Part shown: positions 1 to 9,784 of the stretch, piece by piece
How positions within the stretch are numbered: position 1 is the first letter of the stretch
Layout of the letters: every line of letters begins with the position of its first letter
Program-made: the position numbers and the translations under genes
NCBI GenBank assembly: GCA_963783375.1
Contig: CAWANH010000028.1
Location: 832,001 to 896,000 of the forward strand
DNA: 64,000 nucleotides
Origin: Candidatus Eiseniibacteriota bacterium
Lineage (GTDB): Bacteria; Eisenbacteria; RBG-16-71-46; JABDJR01
Direction: 5' to 3'
The notes under the pieces: model-generated
Databases searched by the model: none
The model's input: only the letters and a program-made list of their open reading frames with translations
Told to the model about the DNA's origin: nothing

Positions 1-2
1 AC

Positions 3-176
3 GGGCTCACCGCGCTCATGGTCACCCACCGGTTGGAGGACGCGCGTCTCTTCGGCGCCGAAACCGTGGTGCTGGACGGAGGCCGCCTGGTCGAGCACGG
101 GCCCACCGCCGGAGTGCTGGACCGCCTGGAAGCCGAGTGGCGGGAGCCCTCTTCCCGGCCGCAGCCGGGCCCGTGA
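3..176 (+). CDS. ABC transporter ATP-binding protein, C-terminal part (truncated by window)
   Basis: Manual translation GLTALMVTHRLEDARLFGAETVVLDGGRLVEHG contains the ABC H-loop (MVTH) and LDGGR motif; TGA at 174-176. Confidence 0.8.
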   Translation, partial: GLTALMVTHRLEDARLFGAETVVLDGGRLVEHGPTAGVLDRLEAEWREPSSRPQPGP

Positions 177-739
177 CCGGCTCCCCCGCGAAACCGGACT
201 CCGGCCGGCAGGTCGCGCTCCTCCGCGGCATCAACGTCGGCAAGGCCAAGCGGTTGGCCATGGCGGATCTGCGGGCGCTGATGGAGAGCCTCGGGTTCGG
301 CGACGTGCGCACCCTCCTCAACAGCGGCAACGTCGTCTTCACCGCCTCCGGCAGCCCGCCGGCGAAGAACGCGCTCCGGATCGAGCAGGCCCTTGCCGCT
401 CGGCTGGGGGTCTCCGCCCGGGTCACCGTGATCTCGGGGGACGAACTCCGGGCCGCGACGGCGCGTAAACCCTTCGGGAAGGTCGCCGACAACCCCTCCC
501 GCCTTCTGGTGGCCGTGCTCGCCGACCCGAAGGACCGCGGGAAGCTCGGTCCGCTGACCAGAGAGGAGTGGACACCGGAAGCGCTGGCGCTCGGCCCCCG
601 CGTGGCCTACCTCTGGTGCCCGGACGGAGTGATGGCCAGCCGCGTCGCCAAGGCGCTCGACCGCGCGCTCGGGGATGGGGCAACCACCCGGAACTGGGCG
701 ACGATGCGGAAGCTCCGCGACCTCCTGGACGCCGGCTGA
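173..739 (+). CDS. DUF1697 family protein
   Basis: VALLRGINVG...LLNSGNVVF...TTRNWAT signature; GTG start overlaps upstream stop (GTGA). Confidence 0.88.
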   Translation: MTGSPAKPDSGRQVALLRGINVGKAKRLAMADLRALMESLGFGDVRTLLNSGNVVFTASGSPPAKNALRIEQALAARLGVSARVTVISGDELRAATARKPFGKVADNPSRLLVAVLADPKDRGKLGPLTREEWTPEALALGPRVAYLWCPDGVMASRVAKALDRALGDGATTRNWATMRKLRDLLDAG

Positions 740-751
740 CCCGGGCCGCGC

Positions 752-1207
752 CTACTCGAAGTAGTACCGCGCCCCGATCGAGCTGTTGATGGTGAAGTCG
801 GTGTCCGGCGCCAGGTCCAGGAGCGGCACCAGCTCCACGAAGAGCCCAACCCGGTTGCTCTCGAAGAGATACTCCAACCCCACCGGCACCCGCACGCCGA
901 TCTCGCTGTCGTGCTCCAGGAACTTGAGCCGGGCTCCCAGACCGTAGTAGAGCGGCAACCGTCCCCGCTCCACCGGGAAGAGATCGTAGTTGTGCCGGAG
1001 GTAGTCGCCGTGGATGTGGAAGGCCGGCTCGTCCACGAAGGACCACGCGGCGGCGAAGTCCAGGGCGGTGGTGCGGGTGAGCCAGGCCTTGGCCGAGATC
1101 CCGGTGGGCTCGCCGAGGATGATGCCGAGCCCGAATCCCCCCTGGGCCGAGGCGCGCGAGGCGGGAAGGGCGAGCAGGAGGAACGACGCGAGAAGTAGCT
1201 TTCGCAT
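752..1207 (-). CDS. Small outer-membrane beta-barrel protein (DUF3996-like)
   Basis: Signal peptide, GLGIILGEPTGISAK, alternating beta-strands, C-terminal GARYYF. Confidence 0.8.
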   Translation of the reverse strand: MRKLLLASFLLLALPASRASAQGGFGLGIILGEPTGISAKAWLTRTTALDFAAAWSFVDEPAFHIHGDYLRHNYDLFPVERGRLPLYYGLGARLKFLEHDSEIGVRVPVGLEYLFESNRVGLFVELVPLLDLAPDTDFTINSSIGARYYFE

Positions 1208-1467
1208 GGGGCGCCCCTTTCGGGGATCAGGGTTTACCGGCCGATGATGGTTTGGGCTGAAGGTTCTATCGCTCGTCGGAACGACTATAGCGATTTCCCG
1301 TCGGTCCGCCCAACCCGGCCGGAACCGTCTCCCCCGGCGGTCCCATTCCCGACGCCCCGGAACCCGATCCGACGCGCTCGCTTCCCATCCGCCCCCGGGT
1401 GCATTACTTTCTAACCTACCGGGGCCCGAGCCTGCGAACCCCCGGACCCATCGAACCGAGGACGGAC

Positions 1468-2256
1468 ATGAACCCCTCTCCCTTGATCGAGCTTTCGCTC
1501 TTCAAGATGCTGGTTTCGCTCACCCTGGTGGCGGGGGCCCTGGCGGTGAGCCTCCGGCAGCGCCTCGGGCTGGCGCGCACCATGCTGTGGGGAACGTTCC
1601 GCACCGTGGTGCAGCTCATCGCGGTGGGCTACGTGGTTCACGTGCTCTTCACCCTGAACCACCCGCTGCCGGTCCTGGCCGTGCTCGCGGTCATGCTGGG
1701 GGCGGCGGCGTGGACGGCCACCGGACGCCAGCCGCTTCGCCGAATCCCGCTCCTCCCCCTGGCCACCGGAAGCCTTGCCATCGGCGCCGGCCTCACCGTG
1801 GTCATGGTGGTGGTGGTGATCGTGGGCGCCCGACCCTGGTACGACCCGCGCTACCTCATTCCCCTGAGCGGCATGATCCTCGGGAACGCCATGAACGCCA
1901 TGGCCATCGGCCTCGAGCGGCTGGAGCGGGAGCTTCGCGACGGGCGGCGCCGGGTCGAAGCCGTCCTCGCTCTGGGCGGCTCCCCGTCCCAGGCCGCCGC
2001 CGCTCCCGAACGCCACGCCATGCGCGCCGCCCTCACCCCGATCATGAACTCGATGATGATCGTAGGGCTGGTGCAGCTCCCCGGGATCATGACCGGCCAG
2101 ATCCTGGCCGGAGCCGACCCTCTGACCGCGGTCCGCTACCAGGCCCTGGTCATGTTCATGCTCCTTTCCGGGAACTCGCTCTCGGCGGCGATCGCCGTCC
2201 GCCGGGCCCGTCGCCGCTACTTCACCCCCGCCTGGCAGCTCGCCCTCCCGAGGTGA
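1468..2256 (+). CDS. FetB/UPF0014 family ABC transporter permease
   Basis: RTVVQLIAVGYV, IPLSGMILGNAMN, LPGIMTGQILAGADPLTAVRYQ motifs; multiple TM helices. Confidence 0.9.
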   Translation: MNPSPLIELSLFKMLVSLTLVAGALAVSLRQRLGLARTMLWGTFRTVVQLIAVGYVVHVLFTLNHPLPVLAVLAVMLGAAAWTATGRQPLRRIPLLPLATGSLAIGAGLTVVMVVVVIVGARPWYDPRYLIPLSGMILGNAMNAMAIGLERLERELRDGRRRVEAVLALGGSPSQAAAAPERHAMRAALTPIMNSMMIVGLVQLPGIMTGQILAGADPLTAVRYQALVMFMLLSGNSLSAAIAVRRARRRYFTPAWQLALPR

Positions 2257-2261
2257 CGGCG

Positions 2262-3011
2262 ATGGCCAACCGCGAACTTCATCCCGCACCGGCCGCCTCG
2301 GTGAACCGCGTCGCCGTCCTGGGGGAGATCGAGGAGGACCCCACCGTTCTCGGCTCCGACGATCTCCAGGAACGGCTCTCCCGGGTGCTGGCCGAAATCC
2401 ACCGGGAGCACCACCGCGCGTTCCTGGTTCCTCCCACCGCCGCCTCCGGCTTCCCCGAGTTCGCCGCCGTCCTCACCGACCTCTCCGGGGCCTACCCGCT
2501 GGCCCGTCGCCTGGCCGAGGAGTTCCATCCCCTGGCCGTCCGGACGGGCGCGGCCCGGGGGGAGGTGGTGATCCCGTTTTCGCCTCACCCATCGTCCGCC
2601 GAGGCCTCGGCCGGCGATCCGCCGTGGCCCGGAGGCTTCTCCGCGGGCGAACCCCCCGGCCCCGACCAGCTGGAGGGCCCGGCCTTCGATGTGGCCGCTG
2701 AGCTTCTCTACCGGACCCGCAAGGAGGACCGGCTTCTCCTGGTGGACGGCTTCGGCGGGGCTACCGACCGCCTGGCCAACACCCTGATCCTGGTCCTCCA
2801 CCGCAATCTACAGGGCTGGACGGAGCGCCAGTGCGAGGTGGTCCGGCTCTACCGGGTTCACGGCCGCCAGCGCCGGGTGGCCGAGGAACTCGGGGTGACC
2901 CAGCAGTCGGTGTCGAGCTGTCTGACCGCCACCGGGTGGAAGGCGTTGGTGGAGGCCGAGCAGTGTCTCGGCGCGGTCCTGGCCGGAGAGGTCCCGGGAA
3001 CGTCCGGCTAG
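2262..3011 (+). CDS. SatD family protein with C-terminal HTH
   Basis: GPAFDVAAELL and WTERQCEVV...QRRVAEELGVTQQSVS; start taken at ATG just after the permease stop. Confidence 0.7.
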   Translation: MANRELHPAPAASVNRVAVLGEIEEDPTVLGSDDLQERLSRVLAEIHREHHRAFLVPPTAASGFPEFAAVLTDLSGAYPLARRLAEEFHPLAVRTGAARGEVVIPFSPHPSSAEASAGDPPWPGGFSAGEPPGPDQLEGPAFDVAAELLYRTRKEDRLLLVDGFGGATDRLANTLILVLHRNLQGWTERQCEVVRLYRVHGRQRRVAEELGVTQQSVSSCLTATGWKALVEAEQCLGAVLAGEVPGTSG

Positions 3012-3160
3012 TCCCGTCGAGGCGGGGCCGCGCCGCCCCTTGCCCCGGGCCCCCGTCCCGCTTGCTTCCCGGACCCCCGCTCCCGCACAATGAGTTGCAG
3101 TAGGCCGGCGTTCGGGAATACCTCCGAACGCTTTGGACGGGGCCGTAAAGGAGGACGACT

Positions 3161-3673
3161 GTGCGTTCCATCAGATTGTTGTCGATGGTTTTGACGTTTT
3201 TGTTCATCGGGACTCTCGTCTCGGCGCCGGCGGCCCGGGCCCAGGATCGGGAGGTGCGGTTTCACGGGCTCGGTCCCCGGGTGGGGCTCTCCATCACCCC
3301 CAACCAGTTCGTCTTCGGGGGGCACGCCGACTTCGGGGATCCGCTCCCCCACACCAATCTCCTTCTCCCGGTGATCGAGATCGGGGTGGGGGACAACCTG
3401 ACCACCACGTCGATCGGCTCCGACCTTCTCTTCCGGTTCTCCGACCGTTGGGGGGTGTGGACGCCGTACCTGGGAGGCGAGGCGGCCCTCATCATCACCA
3501 GCCTGTCCAACTCCAGGGGGGGGGACAACTCCAACGCCGATCTCGGGCTCTCCGGGATCTTCGGGGTGGAGAAGGTGATCGGCGACAGCAACCGGTTCGC
3601 CGCCGAACTCAAGTTCGAGATCGTGAACGCTCCCAACGTGAAGCTCATGGCCATCTGGGCATTCGGGCACTAA
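3161..3673 (+). CDS. Secreted outer-membrane beta-barrel protein
   Basis: AGGAGG-like SD, signal peptide ending ARA-Q, GLGPRVGLS, TPYLGG, amphipathic strands. Confidence 0.75.
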   Translation: MRSIRLLSMVLTFLFIGTLVSAPAARAQDREVRFHGLGPRVGLSITPNQFVFGGHADFGDPLPHTNLLLPVIEIGVGDNLTTTSIGSDLLFRFSDRWGVWTPYLGGEAALIITSLSNSRGGDNSNADLGLSGIFGVEKVIGDSNRFAAELKFEIVNAPNVKLMAIWAFGH

Positions 3674-3760
3674 CCGTCTATCCGCCACGCGGGTCACCGG
3701 TCGCCGGCGTCCCGCAGGAAAGGGCACCGGTATCCAGATCGTGCGCCACCGGCCCGCACC

Positions 3761-5266
3761 ATGAACGAGCCGACCGGGATCGACCTCGCCCTCATCGAGG
3801 GGCTCGACGAGGAGCTCCTGGCTCGGCTTCACCGGGCCGGGGTGCGCTCCCGTGACGAGTTGGGCCGGCGCCTGGCCACGCGCGACGCCCGCCGCGACCT
3901 GGCTCGCGATCTCGACGTCTCGGTCCGGCGCCTGGAAGCCATCCACTATCTGAACTTCCTCCTCCCCGAGGAGCGGGCGGAGCGGATCCTCGACCTGGAG
4001 CGCCGGGTGGAAGATCGCCACGATCACCTGGTGATCGAAGTCCGCCAGGTGTGGCGGGCCCTGATCGGCCTGGGGGTGGGGCTGGCGGCGATCCTGGTGC
4101 TCGCGGTGGTCTTCCTTCGCGGCGGGGCGCCGGAACGAACGCCCGGCGCGGAGCCCCTGGCCGGGGAAGTCGACGCGCTCCGGGCCCAAGTCGAGGCGCT
4201 CAAACCGATGGCCCTCGGGGACGCCGAGAACCGCTTCCTCTCCGGTTTGGCCGGGCTGGGTCCCGCCCCGGGGTGGAACGGTCCCCTCACCTGGACCCTG
4301 GCCGACAGCCGGGGGCTGGTTCTTCTTCTTGGAAAGGGCGACACCGCCCAGGCCGAGCACGCGGTCAGCCTCGCCCTGGCCCGGCTCACCGAGATCGAGA
4401 ACGCACCCCCGGAGAGCCTCGGGCCGGCGGAGCGGGCGCGACGGGCCGCCGCCCTGGTGGCGGATTTCCGACCGTTCCGCCGCATCGACACCATGTGGGA
4501 CGCGGCGGGAATCCTGGTCCGCGAGCGGCTCCGCTCCCGGGCCCTGGGGCTGGCTCCCCCGGACAGCATCTCGCCCCCGCCGGCCGCGGCCACGCCCTGG
4601 GCCTGGACCTCACCGGGGTTCCTCACCGCGGAAGAGCTGACCTCGAGGCTCGAATCGCTTCCCCTCCGGGAGAGCGCCCTCCCGGTCTGGTTTGAATTCC
4701 TGGGGGAGATGCGAAAGATCGCCGAGCGGGCCCGGAAGGACATGGGCGGGAAGCCCGAGGCCTCGGCGCGCGACTACTGGGTCCGCCGCGCGGAGCTGGA
4801 GCTGGCGGTGAGCGCCGCCGTGCTCGGCCGGAAGGACCTGTCCCCCTATCGGGACCTGAGCCCCCGCGACTTCCTGATCCAGCGGCGCACCTATCTCGCC
4901 AACGTGGTTCTCCACGCGCCGGCGGGGGCGCGCGCGCCCCTGGACTGGCTATGGGTGCAGTACGACGAGGCGGATCAGCTCCTGGACTGGCTGGACGCCA
5001 ACCGGTCGCGGATCGCCTCCGCCGAGGGGAAGCCCTGGGTCGAGGCCATGGAGGTGGTGGAGGCGGAGCGGGCCAGGGACGGGATGGTCGCCGGCGCGGG
5101 GCTGACCGCGTCGGTCCGCCGGGCGCTGGCCGCTTCGGGGGTGGGGGGAACCACCGATCCCTGGGCCGCCGGACGGACGCGCTGGGAGGCGGGGCTCTCC
5201 CCGCTCCTCATGGTGACCCGCGCTCGAGCGCTCGGGCCGAGCGGTGGAGCCCGGACCGCTCCATAG
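3761..5266 (+). CDS. Membrane-anchored hypothetical protein with N-terminal DUF4332-like (HhH) domain
   Basis: DLALIEGLDEELLARLHRAGVRSRDEL N-terminus, coiled coil, single TM (ALIGLGVGLAAILVLAVVFL), helical C-terminal part. Confidence 0.65.
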   Translation: MNEPTGIDLALIEGLDEELLARLHRAGVRSRDELGRRLATRDARRDLARDLDVSVRRLEAIHYLNFLLPEERAERILDLERRVEDRHDHLVIEVRQVWRALIGLGVGLAAILVLAVVFLRGGAPERTPGAEPLAGEVDALRAQVEALKPMALGDAENRFLSGLAGLGPAPGWNGPLTWTLADSRGLVLLLGKGDTAQAEHAVSLALARLTEIENAPPESLGPAERARRAAALVADFRPFRRIDTMWDAAGILVRERLRSRALGLAPPDSISPPPAAATPWAWTSPGFLTAEELTSRLESLPLRESALPVWFEFLGEMRKIAERARKDMGGKPEASARDYWVRRAELELAVSAAVLGRKDLSPYRDLSPRDFLIQRRTYLANVVLHAPAGARAPLDWLWVQYDEADQLLDWLDANRSRIASAEGKPWVEAMEVVEAERARDGMVAGAGLTASVRRALAASGVGGTTDPWAAGRTRWEAGLSPLLMVTRARALGPSGGARTAP

Positions 5267-8135
5267 CCGCGGCCAGCACCGCGGACACCGGTCCCGCCCG
5301 CCCCGCCCCTTCGAGCCAGGCGACGCGGGTTTCGGGATCGGGAAGCCCGGCGGCGGCGAGTTCCGCCGCCCGCGTCGTTTCCCGGGCCAGCTTCGCGGCG
5401 AGGGCGCGAAGGTCCGGGTCGTCCAGTCCCGGGAAGAGCGCGCCCCCGAGCGAGCGGAGCGCCCGATCGCCGAGCCGGGCCGCGGGAACCGACTCTCCGG
5501 CCCCGGCCAACCGTTCGGCTTCCGCCAGGGAGTCCTCGAAGCGAACCAGGTCGCACTCGATCCCCGACCAATCCACCGTCACCCGGTCGCCCCGGGCCAC
5601 CAGGCCGCCGGACATGGCCTCGTGTCCGCGAAGGAGCTGGTTGGCGAGCTGGACGAGGCTTTCGAACGTGGCCTCGGGGGCGTCTCCGGCCCCGGCCAGG
5701 ACCCGCTCCGCCTCCTCCCGGGTGAAGGGAAGTCCGAGCCGGTCCCGCGCCGCCGCCGTGGCCCAGAGCCGTAGCCACCACTCCGGCCAGAGCGCCATCG
5801 GCCAGACCGAGCCGGGCCGCTCCGCCCGGACGAGCCCGGTGAGCCGGAGGCCCACCAGGGCCGTCGGGCTCCCGGCGCGGCGCCGGCCCGCCGGTCGGAG
5901 GACCAGCGGCCGGTAGACCCGGGTGAACGCGGGAAGGGCGATGGCGGGGGTGGTGCGGAGCGCCTCGGCGAAGAAGCGGGTGCGCCCGGGAATGTCCAGG
6001 CGACGATGGATTTCCGCGGTCGTCTCGAGGCACGCGTCCAGCACGTCGGGTTTTCGCTCGGGGATCCATCCCCACACCCGAAGCTCCCAGAGATCGGCCA
6101 GATCGGCGAGCTGGCCCGCCGCCTCCAGCTCCCCGTCCACCTCGGTCAGGACGCGCTCCATGGCGTCGGCGCCCTCGATCCGGCGGGTCTCCGCGGCGCG
6201 GATGAGGGACTCGCGGCCGCGCACGTGGAGTTCCGAGCTGTCCAGCCCCCAACCCCAACCGGTGGGATGGGGGTGTTGGGGATCCAGGGTCTCGCTCACC
6301 GGAAGCGGCGGCACGTCCCGAAGCGCCTCCAGCCGCTCGGCCACTTCCTGGAGTCCGCGGTGCCCCCGGCTCTCCGCCGCGGCGAGTTCCGCCTCCGCAT
6401 CCTCCAGCCGGCGGAGATCGAGCAGGGCGCGAAGGTGGGTGTAGGCGGCCAGGGTCGCCGCATCGTCGAGGCCCATGGCGGAGAGCGTGATCTCCGCCTC
6501 CGCGGCCATCCGGCGCGCGGTGTCCGCCTGACCGAGGCGCCGCCGCCCCTCCGCCTCCGCCCCCAGGAGGAGCGCGGCGACGATCAGGTGCCCGGCGGCC
6601 AGGGCCTCGGCGCGGGCGCGGGACCGCCAGGGGAGGGCCTCCTCGGAGCGCGCGGTCTCCTCCAGCATCACCGTCACCACCCGCGCCAGGGAACGGCGAA
6701 GCCCGGGATGGATCTCCGGGGAGAGCGCGGCGAGCCCCCAACCGGCCCAGCGAAAGGCGGCGGCGGTCTTTCCTTCCCGGTGACGGAGCAACGCGGCGGC
6801 GTAGGCCAGCCGTCCCCGCACCCCGTCCCAGGCCGGGCCGGTCCGCCGGCGGAGAAGGACGGCGATCCGGGCCAGCTCCCGATGCGCGTTCGCCGGGGGC
6901 GTTTCGCCGGCGAGGTCGGCGCGGATGGCGGCCAGGCGGGTCAGGGAGACCGCCAGGGGGGAGCCCCCCGGGGAGGCACGGAGCGCGCGCTCCGAGGTCC
7001 CCTCGCGGTGCTTCAGCCGCGGAAGTTTCCGGACCGCCTCCTCCACCACCTCCCGCCACAGGGTTCCCGCCGCGGCCACCGGATGACGCACGGAACGGCG
7101 GAGCAGGAACTCCCGCCGGCGGAGATGGGCGAAGGCCTCGTCGAAGATCTCGTCGTCCGCGGCATCGAAGCGGCGGCGGAGTACCTCGACCTCCAGGGTG
7201 CCGTCGTTACGGGTGAGAAGATGGAGCAGGCGGGCCGAGGCCGGCGGCAGGCGATGGTAGCGCGAGTCCATGACCGCCCGGAGGTTGAACGGAAGGGGGA
7301 GGCGGTCCACGGGATCGATCAGGATCACCCGGCCTGCCTCGTCGTCCACCCGAAGGTGTCCCATCTCCTCCAGCCACCGCACCGCTTCCTGGATGAAGAA
7401 GGGGTGCCCGCCGGTGAGTCGCCGGAGCCAGCCGGCGAAGGGCAGGGGATCCTCGTCGGGATCCCAGAGGCGGACCAGGGTCTCGATTTCCTCCGCCTCC
7501 AGGGGACCCAGGGTGAGCGTGCGTACCCCCGGGGGGTCGACCGACTCGATCCCGCTCGGGCCGGCCGCGGCCAGCACCACCGCGCCGGGGTCCCGAAGCG
7601 CGCGGCAAAGGCTTTCCAGGGTCCGGCGGGTGCGGTTCCGGTTCTCCGGCCAGATGCCCGCGTCCACGATGACCAGGGACTGGCCGGTCACCGCCCGCAG
7701 CAGGGCGCCCATGGCCGCTCCCACCACTTCCGGTTCGTTCCCGGGGGGAAGCCGCTCCCGGGAGAGGGCGGGGATCGGCGCCCACCGGTGGAGCTTGGGT
7801 TCCCAGCGGGCGAGCACGTGGAGCGCCCAGGAAGGGTAGGGGGCGGCGGGATAGGTCTCGATCAGGTCCATGAGCTCGGTGCGGACCCAGAACTTGAGAT
7901 CGGCTTCGACGTCGCCGGGGGCGAGATGGACCCATTCCGCGTCCGGGCCCTGGTGGAGGGCCTCGGCCAGGAGCCTCCGCCGTCCCGACCCCGGCTTCCC
8001 CGCCACCCGCACCAGGCACAAGCCTCCGGCCAGCCCTTCCTCGATGAGGTGGGTGAGGAGACCGATCTCGCGGCGGCGTCCCGCGAAGGGGGCGCCGCGA
8101 TGGGTGGCGCTCTGGGTCCAGAGAATGCTTCGCAT
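5208..8135 (-). CDS. STAND/AAA_16-like ATPase-domain regulator with TPR-like middle and C-terminal BTAD-like domain
   Basis: FAGRRREI, GKPGSGRR (Walker A-like), TGGHPFFIQE (GxP), C-terminal CDLVRFE...ALRSLGGALFPG. Confidence 0.7.
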   Translation of the reverse strand: MRSILWTQSATHRGAPFAGRRREIGLLTHLIEEGLAGGLCLVRVAGKPGSGRRRLLAEALHQGPDAEWVHLAPGDVEADLKFWVRTELMDLIETYPAAPYPSWALHVLARWEPKLHRWAPIPALSRERLPPGNEPEVVGAAMGALLRAVTGQSLVIVDAGIWPENRNRTRRTLESLCRALRDPGAVVLAAAGPSGIESVDPPGVRTLTLGPLEAEEIETLVRLWDPDEDPLPFAGWLRRLTGGHPFFIQEAVRWLEEMGHLRVDDEAGRVILIDPVDRLPLPFNLRAVMDSRYHRLPPASARLLHLLTRNDGTLEVEVLRRRFDAADDEIFDEAFAHLRRREFLLRRSVRHPVAAAGTLWREVVEEAVRKLPRLKHREGTSERALRASPGGSPLAVSLTRLAAIRADLAGETPPANAHRELARIAVLLRRRTGPAWDGVRGRLAYAAALLRHREGKTAAAFRWAGWGLAALSPEIHPGLRRSLARVVTVMLEETARSEEALPWRSRARAEALAAGHLIVAALLLGAEAEGRRRLGQADTARRMAAEAEITLSAMGLDDAATLAAYTHLRALLDLRRLEDAEAELAAAESRGHRGLQEVAERLEALRDVPPLPVSETLDPQHPHPTGWGWGLDSSELHVRGRESLIRAAETRRIEGADAMERVLTEVDGELEAAGQLADLADLWELRVWGWIPERKPDVLDACLETTAEIHRRLDIPGRTRFFAEALRTTPAIALPAFTRVYRPLVLRPAGRRRAGSPTALVGLRLTGLVRAERPGSVWPMALWPEWWLRLWATAAARDRLGLPFTREEAERVLAGAGDAPEATFESLVQLANQLLRGHEAMSGGLVARGDRVTVDWSGIECDLVRFEDSLAEAERLAGAGESVPAARLGDRALRSLGGALFPGLDDPDLRALAAKLARETTRAAELAAAGLPDPETRVAWLEGAGRAGPVSAVLAAAMERSGLHRSARALERGSP

Positions 8136-8267
8136 GGCGACAGGTGAGTCTAGCAGGCGGCCAGCCCGACCCATTCACGAACCCGCTGCCGCCGCGGGCA
8201 TCTGACGGCCACCTGCTCCCCTTCGCGACACGGCTTCGTGAACGGGTCGGGACAAGACGCCGGGTGG

Positions 8268-9194
8268 CTACCGGGGCCGCGTGTGCGCCAGCCGCCTGAG
8301 GAGCGCCAGGTTCCTCCGGTCCATCTCGTCCTTCTTCGGGGTCTCGAGCACCTTGGGCGCATCCCGGAAGCGGGGGTCCTGGAGGATCATCCGGAAGGCC
8401 GCGCTCCCCACGTGCCCTTTTCCGATGTGTTCGTGCCGGTCCACGCGGGAACCCAGGTCCTGCTTGCTGTCGTTGAGATGAAACGCCCGGATCCGGCCGA
8501 TCCCCAGGAGCCGGTCGAACTCCTCGAACACCTCGCGGTACCCGGCCGGCGACCGGAAATCGTACCCCGCGGCCAGGAGATGGCAGGTGTCGACGCAGAC
8601 CCCCAACCGATCCGGATGCTCGACGCTCCCGATCACGCGGGCCAGGTGCTCGAACCGGCTCCCCAGCACCGTCCCCTGGCCGGCGGTGTTCTCCAGGAGC
8701 AGGGTGACCGGGGTCTCGGCGAGCGCGCGCGCGGCGCGGTCGAGCGCGCGGACGATTCGGGCCAGGCCCGCCTCCTCCCCCGCGCCCGTGTGCGCTCCGG
8801 GGTGGAAGACCAGGTAGGGGATGTCGAGCCTCGCACAGCGTTCCGCCTCCCCGATGAACGTCCGGCAGGACTTCTCCCACAGCGCGGGATCGGGAGAGGC
8901 GAGGTTGACGAGGTAGGAGCCGTGAACCATCGTCACCATGGGGTGGGCGGCCTGGGCTTCCTTCCAGAGCGCCACCGCCTCGTCGGCCAACGGTTTCATC
9001 GCCCACTGGTTGGAGTTCCGGGAGAAGATCTGGAGCGCGGTGGCCCGGTGAGCGGCGCCGGCCAGGACCGCGTTCTGGAGCCCGCCGGCGATGGACATGT
9101 GGGCGCCGAGGAGCAGGTCGTCGTGGGCGGCCGGCCGCGGCCGGGCCGCGGCCGGTTTCGAGGCTCCCCGGCGCGGGGCGGGCCCCCCGGTCAC
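8268..9194 (-). CDS. nfo: Endonuclease IV (deoxyribonuclease IV)
   Basis: LGAHMSIAGG, HGSYLVNLAS, LLLENTAGQG, DTCH, HLNDSK, DRHEHIG, LETP; GTG start overlapping upstream stop. Confidence 0.95.
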   Translation of the reverse strand: MTGGPAPRRGASKPAAARPRPAAHDDLLLGAHMSIAGGLQNAVLAGAAHRATALQIFSRNSNQWAMKPLADEAVALWKEAQAAHPMVTMVHGSYLVNLASPDPALWEKSCRTFIGEAERCARLDIPYLVFHPGAHTGAGEEAGLARIVRALDRAARALAETPVTLLLENTAGQGTVLGSRFEHLARVIGSVEHPDRLGVCVDTCHLLAAGYDFRSPAGYREVFEEFDRLLGIGRIRAFHLNDSKQDLGSRVDRHEHIGKGHVGSAAFRMILQDPRFRDAPKVLETPKKDEMDRRNLALLRRLAHTRPR

Positions 9195-9784
9195 GGACGG
9201 CCGGCGGAGAGGGTTTCCGACAGCACCCGCGCCTTCTGGGCGAGGTTGGCCGCTCCCTGGTAATCCTTCCGGGCCAGGGCGGCCTCGGCCTGACGGAGCA
9301 ACCCCCGCGCCGCCTCCACCTGCTCCGGGGTGGTCCGGTCGCGGCCCCGGCCGGCGGCCACCGAGGCGAGAAGGGACTCCGCCCGCGCCATGTCTCGACG
9401 GGCGCTGGCGATCAGATCGGCTTCCTGGGACGGGGTGAGGTCCACCTGCACCTGGGGAGGCGGAGGGAGGAGGATGGGCGCGGCAACGGTGTCGGCCGCG
9501 GTGACCGTGGCCACCGTGTCCTTCCGCGCCCGCGTGGCGTGCACCGGGATCACCACCGGCCCGGGCGGCACGTAGAACCCTTCCTTGAACACCACCGCGT
9601 AGACCGGCGGCGCCGGCGGGAGGGCGAAGGCCTCGCTGTCCGGAGGTTGGAAACTGAAGTCGTAGTAGCTCGATCGGAGCTGCATCGCCTGATCGTAGGT
9701 TATGACGCTGGCGCACCCGGAGATCGCCGCCCACAGGGCCGCGGTCCCCAGGGCCGCGTGAAGCGTCCGGTGTTTTCCGATCAT
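9191..9784 (-). CDS. Lipoprotein co-transcribed with two-component system
   Basis: Lipobox ISGC after hydrophobic stretch; Pro-rich linker; C-terminal helical hairpin; 4-nt overlaps with both neighbours. Confidence 0.7.
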   Translation of the reverse strand: MIGKHRTLHAALGTAALWAAISGCASVITYDQAMQLRSSYYDFSFQPPDSEAFALPPAPPVYAVVFKEGFYVPPGPVVIPVHATRARKDTVATVTAADTVAAPILLPPPPQVQVDLTPSQEADLIASARRDMARAESLLASVAAGRGRDRTTPEQVEAARGLLRQAEAALARKDYQGAANLAQKARVLSETLSAGRP

